From: an uncultured Verrucomicrobiae bacterium
Lineage (GTDB): Bacteria; Verrucomicrobiota; Verrucomicrobiia; Chthoniobacterales; Chthoniobacteraceae
Length of the DNA stretch: 64,000 nucleotides
Direction: 5' to 3'
NCBI GenBank assembly: GCA_963828525.1
Contig: CAWHEP010000011.1
Location: 160,001-224,000, forward strand
The notes below the pieces were generated by a model. The model saw only the letters and a program-made list of their open reading frames with translations, searched no databases and had not been told where the DNA came from. Of this stretch, positions 10,441 to 19,919 are shown piece by piece. Positions within the stretch are counted from its first letter, which is position 1. Each line of letters begins with the position of its first letter. A program made the translations under genes and the position numbers.

Positions 10441-10942
10441 GGAGCGGAGTTGTATTCATGGGAGTCGGTTTGTTCTTCGATGCTGGCACGCGATCTTCGG
10501 GAGCCTGGAACTCGCAAAGGCAGTATGGTCCGAGGGGTAGGGTTCGGCGGGTTTACTTGTTATTCTAAGCGGGAGGGGATTGTGAGGAATCTACGAAGGC
10601 GGAGCAACGGAATTCGGGCGAACTCCGTCACTGCTGAAACCGGTGCTCTCACTTCTGTTTGCTGGCGCTTTGCCAGCAATGGCGAATGCGAATACCACCA
10701 GGAAAATTGTCCAGGCACGCCGGTTCCGTCTTTACCGTCAAATGCGTGCTCGGCCACCGCATGCCGCGCCGAGATAAGGAAGCCGGATATACGCAAGCAC
10801 CGCGCGATCGATCTTATCCGCCACTTTCATTCGATCCCATTGTCGGAACACAAAGAAAGTTTGTTGTCTGGTTTCTCTCACGCAGTCTCATGTTAACTAA
10901 AGCTAGAGAAGCAATGCGAGTGGCGTCTGATGCAGGACGCCT

Positions 10943-11302
10943 TTGGCGTTCTGGTTGCAGTTTCGCCTTAGGCGCGATTCTTTTTTTTTCTGGTCTATCG
11001 CGTCAGGAGTTGCGGCCGCGCGCCAGGATCAAATTCTCACCGAAGGATGGAATTTTTTAAGGGTGACGCTGGCCTCACTGGGCCAGCCGACGCATGGCCG
11101 AGTGTCACCAATCCCTCATACATGGAACACGAAAAGCGCTGACGAAGGGGATCACAAAGGAGACCCCCATTTCAAAGGGAGTTTTTACCGAGGCCCCTCC
11201 TGGTATGCAAAATCTCTCGAGGTTCCCGCTGACCGAACCTGCGTCTCCAGCGCTGGGGCCGCGCGGCGTAGCAGCCCTTCGCAAGAAGTCGGTTCCGAAT
11301 AG
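10943..11302 (+). pseudogene. N-terminal stub of a GH2 beta-galactosidase-like gene
   Basis: RQDQILTEGWNF...IPHTWN...YRGPSWYAKSLEVP matches the start of a GH2 sugar-binding domain; the ORF ends after ~120 codons. Confidence 0.6.
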
Positions 11303-11311
11303 AGGCCGGTG

Positions 11312-11539
11312 TCAGAGCGAACCTATGAATTCCTCCGGGGAAATTCCGGCCATTTTGAGTGCGCTACGCAGGGTGCCAATAGCCACTTCGCGGTGCATCG
11401 GGATAACGCACCCCCGTGCTCCGCTGGGCGTAACCTTCTTTAATATCACGTGACTGCCGCGTTGACGATCCACGAAAAATCCAAGCCGCTGCAGCGCTTT
11501 GACAGCATCAGCGCCTGAGACAACGGGCAGCTTAGGCAC
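11312..11539 (-). CDS. hicA: HicA family toxin
   Basis: PKLPVVSG...LQRLGFFVDRQRGSHVIL...VIPMHREVAIGTLRSALKMAGIS; GTG start overlaps the hicB stop. Confidence 0.9.
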   Translation of the reverse strand: MPKLPVVSGADAVKALQRLGFFVDRQRGSHVILKKVTPSGARGCVIPMHREVAIGTLRSALKMAGISPEEFIGSL

Positions 11540-11738
11540 GAGCCAATTCGAAAGTGCGGATCGCGGCAGGCTTCCCGACGGCGCGCGGGAAGGATTCAAG
11601 GTAAAGCTCTGTAGCCTCTCGCAAGTTGGAAAGAGCCTCGTCCTCGTTACGACCCTGGCTGGCAGTGCCGATTTCGGGGCACTCGGCTACGAGCAAATCG
11701 GTTTCTGAGTCGGAATAAATGACGGCCGTCAATTTCAT
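11532..11738 (-). CDS. hicB: short HicB family antitoxin (no DNA-binding domain)
   Basis: VAECPEIGTASQGRNEDEALSNLREATELYLE. Confidence 0.88.
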   Translation of the reverse strand: MKLTAVIYSDSETDLLVAECPEIGTASQGRNEDEALSNLREATELYLESFPRAVGKPAAIRTFELARA

Positions 11739-12276
11739 ACCTCGCATCGTATCATCTTTTGCGATGTCGGGCAATCGGAGTGCGTTGGCGTGGCATCAAA
11801 CGCGGAAGTATCAACAACGATCATGGTATTTTAGCAGACGGCATGACGATATACTTCAGCGCCGACGGGAACATTTACTCGTTCCGAGGGTCGGGAGCCA
11901 AACCCTAGCGCATATAGACGAAACATGCGCCGGAGCTAAAGTTCGTCTACTACTTCCACGGCTGGCTCTGCTTCGGCGTGACGGCTTCAGCCGTCGGATA
12001 CATTGTGACGTTCCTGAGTATAGCTTGAGAACGACGAGAATGGCTGCGGGCGAGCTGGGATAACAAGATGGAGACTGCGTTAACCAGCCTTCACGATGAC
12101 AGCGTAGGATGCTTAACGATGCGGGTTAAACCGGCGCCGGGCTTAGGGCGTGGGAGAAGATGCAGCAGGGAAAACGCTGATGCTGCGCGAGATGAGATTA
12201 TGCGCTAATAACTACACGGGTCGCCGCATCCGGCGGCGCCCGACTGAAAACATCGACCGAAAAGAAAAAAACGACC

Positions 12277-12918
12277 ATGTCCAAGTTACGAGTTCACTGT
12301 TTTGGAATATCACTCGACGGGTTCGGAGCTGGCCCGAATCAGGACATCGACAATCCGCTGGGCGTTGGCGGGGTTGACCTGCACAAATGGTTCTTTCCAA
12401 CCCGCAGTTTTCAAAAAATGCACGGGGATGGCGACGGCGCCACTGGCATCGACAACGACTTTGCGGAACGCGGGTGGGACGGAATTGGCGCATGGATTAT
12501 GGGACGCAATATGTTCGCGCCTCATCGCGGACCATGGACGGATGACCAATGGAAAGGCTGGTGGGGCGACAACCCGCCCTATCACACCCAGGTATTCATT
12601 CTTACTCACCATCCCCGCGCGCCTATTCAAATGGATGGCGGTACGACCTTTCATTTCGTCACAGAAGGCATTCACGCCGCCTTAAAGCGCGCCCGGGAGG
12701 CGGCTGGCGGACTGGACGTCCGCGTCGGCGGAGGGGCGGCGACAATCCGGCAGTATCTTCAAGCCGGGTTGATTGATCAACTGCACATCGCCATTTCCCC
12801 TGTTGTTTTAGGCAGCGGCGAGAGCCTCTTCGCTGGAATCGATCTGTTGAAGCTCGGATACCAATGCACGGATCATGTGATGAGCTCTGCCGCAATGCAC
12901 GTAATGCTTACAAAATAA
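12277..12918 (+). CDS. dihydrofolate reductase/RibD C-terminal family protein
   Basis: ISLDGFGAGP, IMGRNMF, VFILTHHPR, VGGGAATIRQYL, PVVLGSGE. Confidence 0.88.
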   Translation: MSKLRVHCFGISLDGFGAGPNQDIDNPLGVGGVDLHKWFFPTRSFQKMHGDGDGATGIDNDFAERGWDGIGAWIMGRNMFAPHRGPWTDDQWKGWWGDNPPYHTQVFILTHHPRAPIQMDGGTTFHFVTEGIHAALKRAREAAGGLDVRVGGGAATIRQYLQAGLIDQLHIAISPVVLGSGESLFAGIDLLKLGYQCTDHVMSSAAMHVMLTK

Positions 12919-12999
12919 TCTGCATCCTCAGCGATCCACAAGAATCCGCGACGCGCGCTCCGGAGCATATCGACACGCAAGCCCTGGCGGGGTCGAGAT

Positions 13000-13643
13000 T
13001 CATACTCGGGGCTTGAGATTAATTGAGATAATCTGCGCTTTCGGCAGTGGATCCCTCTCCGGATCGGTCATTCGAAGAAGAACCAGGTATGTCACTTCCG
13101 AATCGTCACCGAGGTCTCGGGTACCGAATTCGAGAAGCAACTGGCCATCTGCAAGCCACTTTTCTGGCGTGTCAAAGCCTTTGCCGGAGTTGAACTCGGA
13201 CACTCCGCTGAGCTTTTTTATCGATGCCACGTACTGGTCGCTCGGGAGCTTCACGCATGTCCATTCCCCCTGGGTATTACATGCATACACGGCGCCCGTC
13301 ATCCACCCGCGAGTCTCCTCCCACTTGATTGCAAAGCACCTGCAGTCCTGACGCCAAAGCACTTTGAATGCGCGCGAGTCCAGCGCGCCCGCCAAAACCC
13401 GACCACTCAAAAGTGCCCAAGACTTTGCCCGTTTTCACGGTTCCGAATTTGTGCCATTCCGGCTGCATCTCTTTCGCCGCTCGTATCGGGCTTGATCCAA
13501 ATCTCAATTTTACCATCTGGAGAACGACTGTTCTCGATGGCAACAGGTGGCTCGCTTGCGGTCGCAACGCTAGCAGACAACAGCAACCAGACATACGCCG
13601 TGGATAAAAAGGCTCTAGACAAAAGATTAGCGGGAATTTCCAA
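13000..13643 (-). CDS. secreted hypothetical protein, interrupted by ~2 frameshifts (13380-13450)
   Basis: Signal-peptide-like start, then SPDGKIEIWI; continues through three overlapping ORFs (GKVLGTFEWSGFG / FKVLWRQDCRCFAIKWEETRGW). Confidence 0.5.
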
Positions 13644-13720
13644 GGGTATGAGGTTTTGAAGAGAGACAGGAGGAAATTTATCGTGCGCAACGCGATGGCT
13701 TTATGGCGTAATCTCGCGCT

Positions 13721-14110
13721 GTGAATCCCCCTCCCAGCCCTTCTGCGCGTAGTAACGACGCTCCAAAGAAAAAGTTCCGGGCTCGCGGGCGCAAAGATGC
13801 GAGCTTCGGTCGCAAGAGAGCCTTCGCGGCTACGATGGCGCTGGTTAAGGCGATTATGCTGAGCGGCGGCTCCGCCAAGGCGCAGGACCAAGCCGCGCCT
13901 CTAACCAGCGGTTCAAACGCGCAGCCTACGACCCAGTTTCCGGAAGTGTTGATTGTAGGTGAGCAAGGCTACCAAGGCCGTTCGCTATCCCTATACAAAT
14001 ACGGGGAACCGCTGCTTACCACCCCGCAATCCGCATCCGTCGTGACCAGGCAACTCATGGAGGACGAGAACGTCACCTCGATGCACTCCGCTCCCAGTAA
14101 GAAAGATTAA
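13721..14110 (+). pseudogene. N-terminal stub of a TonB-dependent (siderophore) receptor
   Basis: Signal region, then FPEVLIVGE...LSLYKYGEPLLTTPQSASVVTRQLMEDENVTS (plug-domain start); cut off exactly where the repeat at 14084 begins. Confidence 0.7.
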
Positions 14111-14160
14111 GGCAATCCAAGGGTTCTTTTCACGCTCTTTTGGCGTCCCGAAATATCCAA
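14084..14160 (+). repeat. direct repeat copy 1 (~76 bp) flanking the vapBC module
   Basis: cactccgctcccagtaagaaagattaaggcaatccaagggttcttttcacgctcttttggcgtcccgaaatatccaa, near-identical to 15133-15207. Confidence 0.85.
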
Positions 14161-14226
14161 GGCTCCAGCTTGCAGGACGTGTTTTGGCATCGCGCGGGGG
14201 AACCTTTGAAGTAAGAGTGTCTTACC

Positions 14227-14484
14227 ATGCAAACGAGAGTTTCCAGCAAGGGACAAATCGTCCTGCCTCTGCCAATTCGCCACAGGCTCGGTATCCAAAC
14301 TGGCGATCCGCTTGATGCCCGGGTCGAAGGCGTTAATGTCATTCTCTCGCCGGTCAAACCCAGGCGACGCAAAGGCAAAATCGTAATCAATCCGCGAACG
14401 GGCCTGCCAGCCTGTCACCTTCGGAAAGGATGCCCCAAGGTTACCAGCTCCACGGTGGAGAAACTGCTGGAGGAGTTTCCGTGA
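14227..14484 (+). CDS. AbrB/MazE/SpoVT family antitoxin
   Basis: TRVSSKGQIVLPLPIRHRLGIQTGDPL; stop overlaps the GTG of the PIN gene. Confidence 0.88.
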   Translation: MQTRVSSKGQIVLPLPIRHRLGIQTGDPLDARVEGVNVILSPVKPRRRKGKIVINPRTGLPACHLRKGCPKVTSSTVEKLLEEFP

Positions 14485-14948
14485 TCTATCTGCTGGACGT
14501 CAACGCGCTCGTCGGTCTCCTCCATTGCGAACATGAATTCCACTTCCGGGTTTGCCAGTGGATGGAGCAATTGGGAAAACGCCTTCCGTCCCAAATCGCC
14601 ACTTGTGCCATCACAGAATTGGGTCTCGTGCGCATCCTGCCCCAGTTACCGGAGTCGGGATACACAGTTACTGAAAGTGTCCACTTGCTCGGGCAGTTCA
14701 AGAAGCGTCTCGGGCTACGCCACGAGTTTCTCGCCGATGACCTTGGCGCGGACGCCCTTCCGAAATGGGTGAAGATGGCGAGACAGACGACCGATGGTCA
14801 TCTGGTTGAACTGGCGAAAGTCAGCAGCGCGGTGCTCGCCACGCTTGATACCAAGATTCCGGTGCATTTGCAATTCCCTTTAGTCGCGAGGGTGGCTAAA
14901 AAACCGAACCGAATCCGCGCCCTGCGCTCGCTTTTTCATCCACCTTAA
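14481..14948 (+). CDS. vapC: VapC/PIN domain ribonuclease toxin
   Basis: YLLDVNALV...H, CAITELGLVR, QTTDGHLVELA...LATLD. Confidence 0.85.
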   Translation: MIYLLDVNALVGLLHCEHEFHFRVCQWMEQLGKRLPSQIATCAITELGLVRILPQLPESGYTVTESVHLLGQFKKRLGLRHEFLADDLGADALPKWVKMARQTTDGHLVELAKVSSAVLATLDTKIPVHLQFPLVARVAKKPNRIRALRSLFHPP

Positions 14949-15059
14949 GTTCCGCCGGCGTTAGCTGGCACTCTCATTCAGCTGCGGCTTCGTACGTCCA
15001 GCCACTGACTTGACAGCGCGTTTGTCCGGCAGAAATGACGGAGCGGCACCCAAGGCACT

Positions 15060-15320
15060 CTATCGGATCGGAAGGAACTGCGCTCCCCTGTATTTTCCGG
15101 ACGGAGCACAACCAAAGACATTGGAAAGCGGCCACCCGCTCCCAGCGAGAAAGATTACGGCGATCCAGGGGTTCTTCTCACGCTCTTTGGCGTCCCGAAA
15201 TATCCAAATAGCGTTCGCGATAAACGCGACGGCAAGAATGACGGACGCCGTGGCCACAAATGCAGGCGGACCGTAAAAACGGATTCCTAGGAAGTCATGT
15301 GCGCCGTCGCTCAAACTCAT
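15060..15320 (-). CDS. small membrane protein (hypothetical, possibly frameshifted)
   Basis: Hydrophobic helix followed by AIWIFRDAKEREKNPWIAVIFLAGSGWPL. Confidence 0.45.
   Translation of the reverse strand: MSLSDGAHDFLGIRFYGPPAFVATASVILAVAFIANAIWIFRDAKEREKNPWIAVIFLAGSGWPLSNVFGCAPSGKYRGAQFLPIR
15133..15207 (+). repeat. direct repeat copy 2, inside a small minus-strand membrane-protein gene
   Basis: cacccgctcccagcgagaaagattacggcgatccaggggttcttctcacgctctttggcgtcccgaaatatccaa. Confidence 0.85.
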
Positions 15321-15766
15321 ATCTCCATGCTGGTATTTGCGCTTGTTCCTTGGCTCAACGTGTCCGAAGAGAGCGCAAGAAGATCATGAGTTCTCTCCTG
15401 ATGTACCTTGGCCTTGTTTATGTGCATACCGCCGTTGCTAAGCTGGCTGCGCCAGAGTGTGACATCGCTTTTTTCTTAAAAACAGAAGGTAATTTGCGGT
15501 ACCACCTGTGAACCCCACTTTTGCGGGGTCGAAAGTCATTTCCACGTAATATTCTCCAAACATGGAGAGGTCATAATAATCCGCCAGATCACACGAAAGC
15601 AGAGGGCATTGACCCGGTCCGCAAAGAGAGTGCCCACAATTGTTGAGACTTCGCACTACCTGATGCGGGGGACAACCGGGCGGCAGCGCGAAAGCAGGCG
15701 CAGGCCTGGGTCCTTGATCCATTCGGAGCACGATGGACAATACTCCGCTTGAAGAGACCGACTTGT

Positions 15767-16828
15767 CTACGCCGGAATCACACGCTGCCGACGCAGGTCG
15801 TCAAAGAACAGCCGGAACATGTCTTCGGTATCGATGCACTCGTGGAACCCGGCCCGGCGCGCTTTAATCGTGCTGGTGATATTGTCGAAGCCCGAGTTGA
15901 AGATGAAGTCGCCGAATTGCCAGTGCGCGACCTGCTCGTACGGGATCCGTCGCAGACCGTACTCCCGCGTCATCTCCTCCCAGAGCGGCCCCTTGTCCGC
16001 CATGTAGACGGCTAGGGGCATCGGGACGGGTTCGGCCACTTCCATCTCGAACATGCGGGCGATACGCGGCCACAGGAACTGCCAGCGGAAGTAGTCGCCA
16101 TTGGTGATGTTGAAGATCTCGTTAGCCGTCGCGTCAGCGGTGCCTGCCCAGTCGGCTGCGCTGGCTAGGATATCGGCGCTGGTGACCTGATAAAGGGCTT
16201 GGTAGGCGGCCAGGGTGCCCGGGAAACGCAACGGCAGGCCCAGTTCCTTGGAAATGGCGGCGTAAACGGCAATGACCATGGTCAGGTTCATGGGGTTACC
16301 GATGGCATACCCACAGACTGCCTCGGGCCGCAGGACGCTAAAGGTCCAACGCTTGCTTTGATTACGTCGGCGCAGGTGGTCTTCCTGATCGTAGTAGAAG
16401 TTTGGCGGCATCAGGCGCGGATCGTCTTCACGGGCCGGGGTCTTGAAGGGGCCAAGGTCCGCACCGTATGCCTTGCCGCCTTGGTACATCGTGACGTGTT
16501 GCAGGTTGGGTGACGACGCCTCCACCGCATCCAGCAGGTTTCGCAGCAACGCCACGTTGACCGCGCTGCGCTCGGCAGGGGTGTCCTTTTCGATATACGC
16601 GCCAAAGATAACGTGGGTCACGTCTTTCAGGTTCGCCAGCTTCTCGCGCGTGTCAGCCGGGTCGAGCAGATCCGCAGAGATCGCCTGGACATTCTCCAGC
16701 CCTTCGACTGGCCGACGCGAGATGCCATACACAGTGGTGTCGGCCGCTCTCGAAAATCGGGCCGCCGCTGCCCGGCCGATCACGCCTTGGGCTCCCGCGA
16801 CTAAGACCGTCCTTTTGGGTGTGCTCAT
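15767..16828 (-). CDS. NAD(P)-dependent SDR, progesterone 5-beta-reductase/PRISE-like
   Basis: VLVAGAQGVIG, YQGGKAYG, PNFYYDQED, NITNGDYFRW. Confidence 0.88.
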   Translation of the reverse strand: MSTPKRTVLVAGAQGVIGRAAAARFSRAADTTVYGISRRPVEGLENVQAISADLLDPADTREKLANLKDVTHVIFGAYIEKDTPAERSAVNVALLRNLLDAVEASSPNLQHVTMYQGGKAYGADLGPFKTPAREDDPRLMPPNFYYDQEDHLRRRNQSKRWTFSVLRPEAVCGYAIGNPMNLTMVIAVYAAISKELGLPLRFPGTLAAYQALYQVTSADILASAADWAGTADATANEIFNITNGDYFRWQFLWPRIARMFEMEVAEPVPMPLAVYMADKGPLWEEMTREYGLRRIPYEQVAHWQFGDFIFNSGFDNITSTIKARRAGFHECIDTEDMFRLFFDDLRRQRVIPA

Positions 16829-16879
16829 TGTGTTCACAAGGTATTCGGTCGTTTGCCAGCTTTGGTCGTGGAAATTGTT

Positions 16880-17165
16880 AGCGCGGGGAACCTTCCACGG
16901 TTTAATCCGGCGTTCCCTAGCCAGTGCTGAAGCCCAGCTTTCGTGCTCTTCACACCAGACGCCTTTCCATGGCCCGTCTTTACGTGTGAATTTTCCCGTC
17001 AATCGCGTCCGTCCGGTTGTGATCCTCCAAGCGCTTGCCAAGTTCCCTCGGCCTGATTTTAACATCTTCTCCCTCGCCAGCGCTTCAGATCGAGTGGCGG
17101 GCTTTCGCAGTTCATCGAGCCTCCATGGAGCCGCCGTATCCGTCGGACCGGGCCGCGTTCAGGCA
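16880..17165 (-). pseudogene. two tandem degenerate GIY-YIG nuclease fragments
   Basis: PWRL...ATRSEALAREKMLKSGRG followed by KRLEDHNRTD.../GKFTRKDGPWKGVWCEEHESWASALARERRIKPWK; both resemble C-terminal halves of small GIY-YIG proteins. Confidence 0.6.
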
Positions 17166-17331
17166 GCCCCGCTGACTGCCGTTGCGGTTCGCGCGTAAGC
17201 CTCCTGCACGCGCGATTGGAACCGGAGCGGCAGCCAGTCCTTTGCAGAGAATTCCGCTTCGGATAGCCGAAAAAGACTTGCCGCCCGCCTGTTCCTGCGC
17301 AAAATGCTCGGTTCCGGGTGTGCCTCCTCAT

Positions 17332-17406
17332 TCCAGCGTAGCTCAGTGGTAGAGCGATCGGCTGTTAACCGATTGGTCGTAGGTTCGAGTCCTACCGCTG
17401 GAGCCA
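17332..17406 (+). tRNA. tRNA-Asn (GTT)
   Basis: TCCAGCG/CGCTGGA acceptor stem, D-arm GCTCAGTGGTAGAGC, anticodon loop CTGTTAA, T-loop GGTTCGAGTCC, encoded CCA. Confidence 0.98.
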
Positions 17407-17440
17407 TCCGACGCGCTCAGCCTGGATGGAGCCAGCGCCC

Positions 17441-18076
17441 CTAAACGTGCCGTCGCACAAACCTGCGCGAACCCCACAAGGACAGAAGGCCCAGTGCGAT
17501 CAGCCATAAGCTCGCAGGCTCGGGGACAGCCTGGATCGTCAGATTGGCTGGTTTTGCGGTGCTAGGGATGAAGGAAGAGTATGACGTCGTGCTTCCGTCT
17601 TGCGGCAGCACAAGATTCGAGTTGGTGAAGAAGCCATATTTGGAGGAGGCGGAGCCATCCGTCTGGAACCAAATCACGGCGAATTGATCTCCCGTCGCGA
17701 CCCCGTTGGATCCTAAAGATAGCGCGCCCGTGCTCGAGATAAATCCTGGCGAGAAACTTGGAGGACCTCCATTCGTTGTCACCTGATTCGCCGCCAACGA
17801 AGCGTGGTTGAAAAAATAGAAGTCTGGTGTCTGCGAGCCACCGACGCTCAAAAAGCCATCGTTGGTGACGGTAAGAGGGTCGATGCCGCTTGAGAGAAGG
17901 GATAGGTTCGTTCCAGCGGAACCACCGGTATCCACCACGATTCCCCAAGGCATGCCATTCGTCGGAACCGAACTCGAGTTTGCGAATCCCGATTGACTGA
18001 TTTGAAGCGTGAACGATGCCTCGGCGGGAACGCCAAGGAGGACAAACAGCAACGCAATCCCTGCAAAGCTCTTCAT
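17441..18076 (-). CDS. PEP-CTERM sorting-domain protein
   Basis: Signal peptide, Ser/Thr/Gly-rich body, AVPEPASLWLIALGLLSLWGSRRFVRR tail. Confidence 0.9.
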   Translation of the reverse strand: MKSFAGIALLFVLLGVPAEASFTLQISQSGFANSSSVPTNGMPWGIVVDTGGSAGTNLSLLSSGIDPLTVTNDGFLSVGGSQTPDFYFFNHASLAANQVTTNGGPPSFSPGFISSTGALSLGSNGVATGDQFAVIWFQTDGSASSKYGFFTNSNLVLPQDGSTTSYSSFIPSTAKPANLTIQAVPEPASLWLIALGLLSLWGSRRFVRRHV

Positions 18077-18108
18077 TTTTGCCTAAACCCTTAACTGAAG
18101 AAGTTACC

Positions 18109-19137
18109 TTACGGCAGATATCCCTGTTTATTTTGCCAGACTAAAGATGTCGGAGCGGCGGTCGCCGCCTTACGTAAAACGTATCCAAAGCCAGGAGTCA
18201 ACTGGAAGGTGGCGTCAACATCAGTGCCTCCATCATACCACCCAAATCCAGAATAGTAGGTCAGAACCTGCGATGCCGACTTGTTCAAGCCGGTGGCTGT
18301 ATTGTCAAAAACGAGGAGTTGATCCTGATCTGAGAGACCGAGTCCAATCTGCCCTATGAAAGCGGACACCGGACAAAGATACCCGATCGAGTTATCCTGA
18401 GCCGCGTTTGGCTGCGTCGTGGACAGAATAGAGTAGTGCTTGTTCATGGGGACGGTGCCCACGACATTCAGGTTAAAAGAGGAGGCAGACTGGTTCCTCA
18501 CCACGACGGACTCTCCGGGAGCGACGACGACATCGTTGGCAAGCGTCCCTCCGTTATACCAGCCAAATCCCGCGTAGTACGTGTATACCGTGGATGCGGA
18601 AGTATTGATTCCCTGAACGCCGTCGAAAGTGAGCACCTGGGTCTGATCGGGCAAGGAAGGAGACGCGAGAGTGGTGAAGAGCGTCGAGAGGGTCCAGTAA
18701 GGAAGGATCTTGATGGTATCGCCGGCGGAGCCCGAAACGAGCCCGGCATACGAGTCGCCCGCAAGGTCAACTGTCACACTGTTACTGCCACTGACGATGA
18801 TCGAGGAATGCATGCCTTCTTTCGTCCCGCTCCCAACGAGCGCGTAGTAAGTCGCGCTCTGTGTCCCCTGGCTGTAAACCCAAGCGTTCGGAGCCCAATT
18901 CGGCAGGTTGTTCGTCTGGTTGATCAAGAGCGTGCTGCCAGATACCGCCATGACTGTTCCAACAAACTGAGCGGCTTGCACCATAGGTACTGTAAAGCGG
19001 AAATCTGAACCCGCAGGGACGGTTAAACCAACCACTCCCACTGGATCGGTCGCCACCGTCTGTCCGTAAAGCATTACAACGCAGCTGAGATAAAGCAACC
19101 CGCAGAGCGTCGCGCTGAAGGTTGAGTTCGTCCTCAT
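18109..19137 (-). CDS. TIGR02597 family surface protein
   Basis: QTVATDPVG..., IKILPYWTLSTLF, DQLLVFDNTATGLNKSAS, PGFGYVLRKAAT. Confidence 0.8.
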   Translation of the reverse strand: MRTNSTFSATLCGLLYLSCVVMLYGQTVATDPVGVVGLTVPAGSDFRFTVPMVQAAQFVGTVMAVSGSTLLINQTNNLPNWAPNAWVYSQGTQSATYYALVGSGTKEGMHSSIIVSGSNSVTVDLAGDSYAGLVSGSAGDTIKILPYWTLSTLFTTLASPSLPDQTQVLTFDGVQGINTSASTVYTYYAGFGWYNGGTLANDVVVAPGESVVVRNQSASSFNLNVVGTVPMNKHYSILSTTQPNAAQDNSIGYLCPVSAFIGQIGLGLSDQDQLLVFDNTATGLNKSASQVLTYYSGFGWYDGGTDVDATFQLTPGFGYVLRKAATAAPTSLVWQNKQGYLP

Positions 19138-19151
19138 GAGTGAACTTCCAA

Positions 19152-19796
19152 TTACTGCCAGCTCACGATATCGTCAGAGCCTTTAAAGATTTTGTTGCCC
19201 CCACTGCCCCAAGATAGATCCTTCCCAAGTGTCGCGACACCAACGCCGACGCTTGGCCCTTTGCTGTTGTTCAAGGTGAAGTTGGGATCCGTGTAGCCGC
19301 CTGTCACATCGATGTAGTTCTGGTATAAGGCGTCAATGAAGACAACGTATGTCGATCCCCAAGGATCGTAGTAATTGCCCTTTGTATCGAGGCCGCTCTT
19401 TGGAGCGGTGGCGTTCTTCACGTTGTTCAGGCTGAGATAAACGACCTTCCGCGGGTTCTGCGGCCCGCTCGCATTTTGGTTATCGGCGAAGCCGCTGGGA
19501 TAGCAGAGAACATTGAAGAGCTGGGAGCTCGTATAGGCCCCGTTGGGATCACCATAAACCGCCTGTAGGCCGCTCTTCACTTGCGCGTCCGTAAGCGGAT
19601 ACTTCCCGTAGTCGGCATAGTAGCCTTTGACGGCTCCTACGATCTGCTGTAAATCGTTTGCCGCCTGCGCCTTGTACGCGGATTGTCGCGCGACATTGAT
19701 GGCTGGGAACAGCAAGCCCATTAGTATGGCGATGATCACCATGACGACCAGCAACTCGACAAGGGTGAATCCTGAATGCGGCTTTCTTAACATCAT
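19152..19796 (-). CDS. prepilin-type N-terminal cleavage/methylation domain protein (type II secretion/pilin-like)
   Basis: GFTLVELLVVMVIIAILMGLLFP, YYADYGKYP, DPWG, DDIVSWQ. Confidence 0.9.
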   Translation of the reverse strand: MMLRKPHSGFTLVELLVVMVIIAILMGLLFPAINVARQSAYKAQAANDLQQIVGAVKGYYADYGKYPLTDAQVKSGLQAVYGDPNGAYTSSQLFNVLCYPSGFADNQNASGPQNPRKVVYLSLNNVKNATAPKSGLDTKGNYYDPWGSTYVVFIDALYQNYIDVTGGYTDPNFTLNNSKGPSVGVGVATLGKDLSWGSGGNKIFKGSDDIVSWQ

Positions 19797-19849
19797 TCCA
19801 ATCCTGGGGGTGAGGGGCTTATGCGATGATACCATGCCTCTTCACTTCC

Positions 19850-19865
19850 AGCAAGCAGCGCGCCA
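19850..19865 (-). promoter_or_regulatory. sigma54 (-24/-12) promoter candidate
   Basis: Minus strand TGGCGCGCTGCTTGCT (GG-N10-GC, close to TGGCAC-N5-TTGC), ~55 bp upstream of the pilin-like gene. Confidence 0.65.
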
Positions 19866-19919
19866 TTGTCCCAAAGCGTTTTCGATGCGCGCGTCCGCCG
19901 CAGGAACGGCACAGGAGAA

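Noticed and set aside
12055..12131. attC-like site (..TAAC...GTTAAAC)
   Set aside because: The cores are too close or mismatched, and there is no extended imperfect hairpin.
15767..17065. GIY-YIG-SDR fusion protein of 432 aa
   Set aside because: The extension is a decayed nuclease remnant that happens to be in frame; the SDR has its own ATG at 16828.
17332..17406. tRNA-Asn as the attachment site of an integrated element
   Set aside because: I saw no duplicated tRNA 3' end and no integrase in the window.
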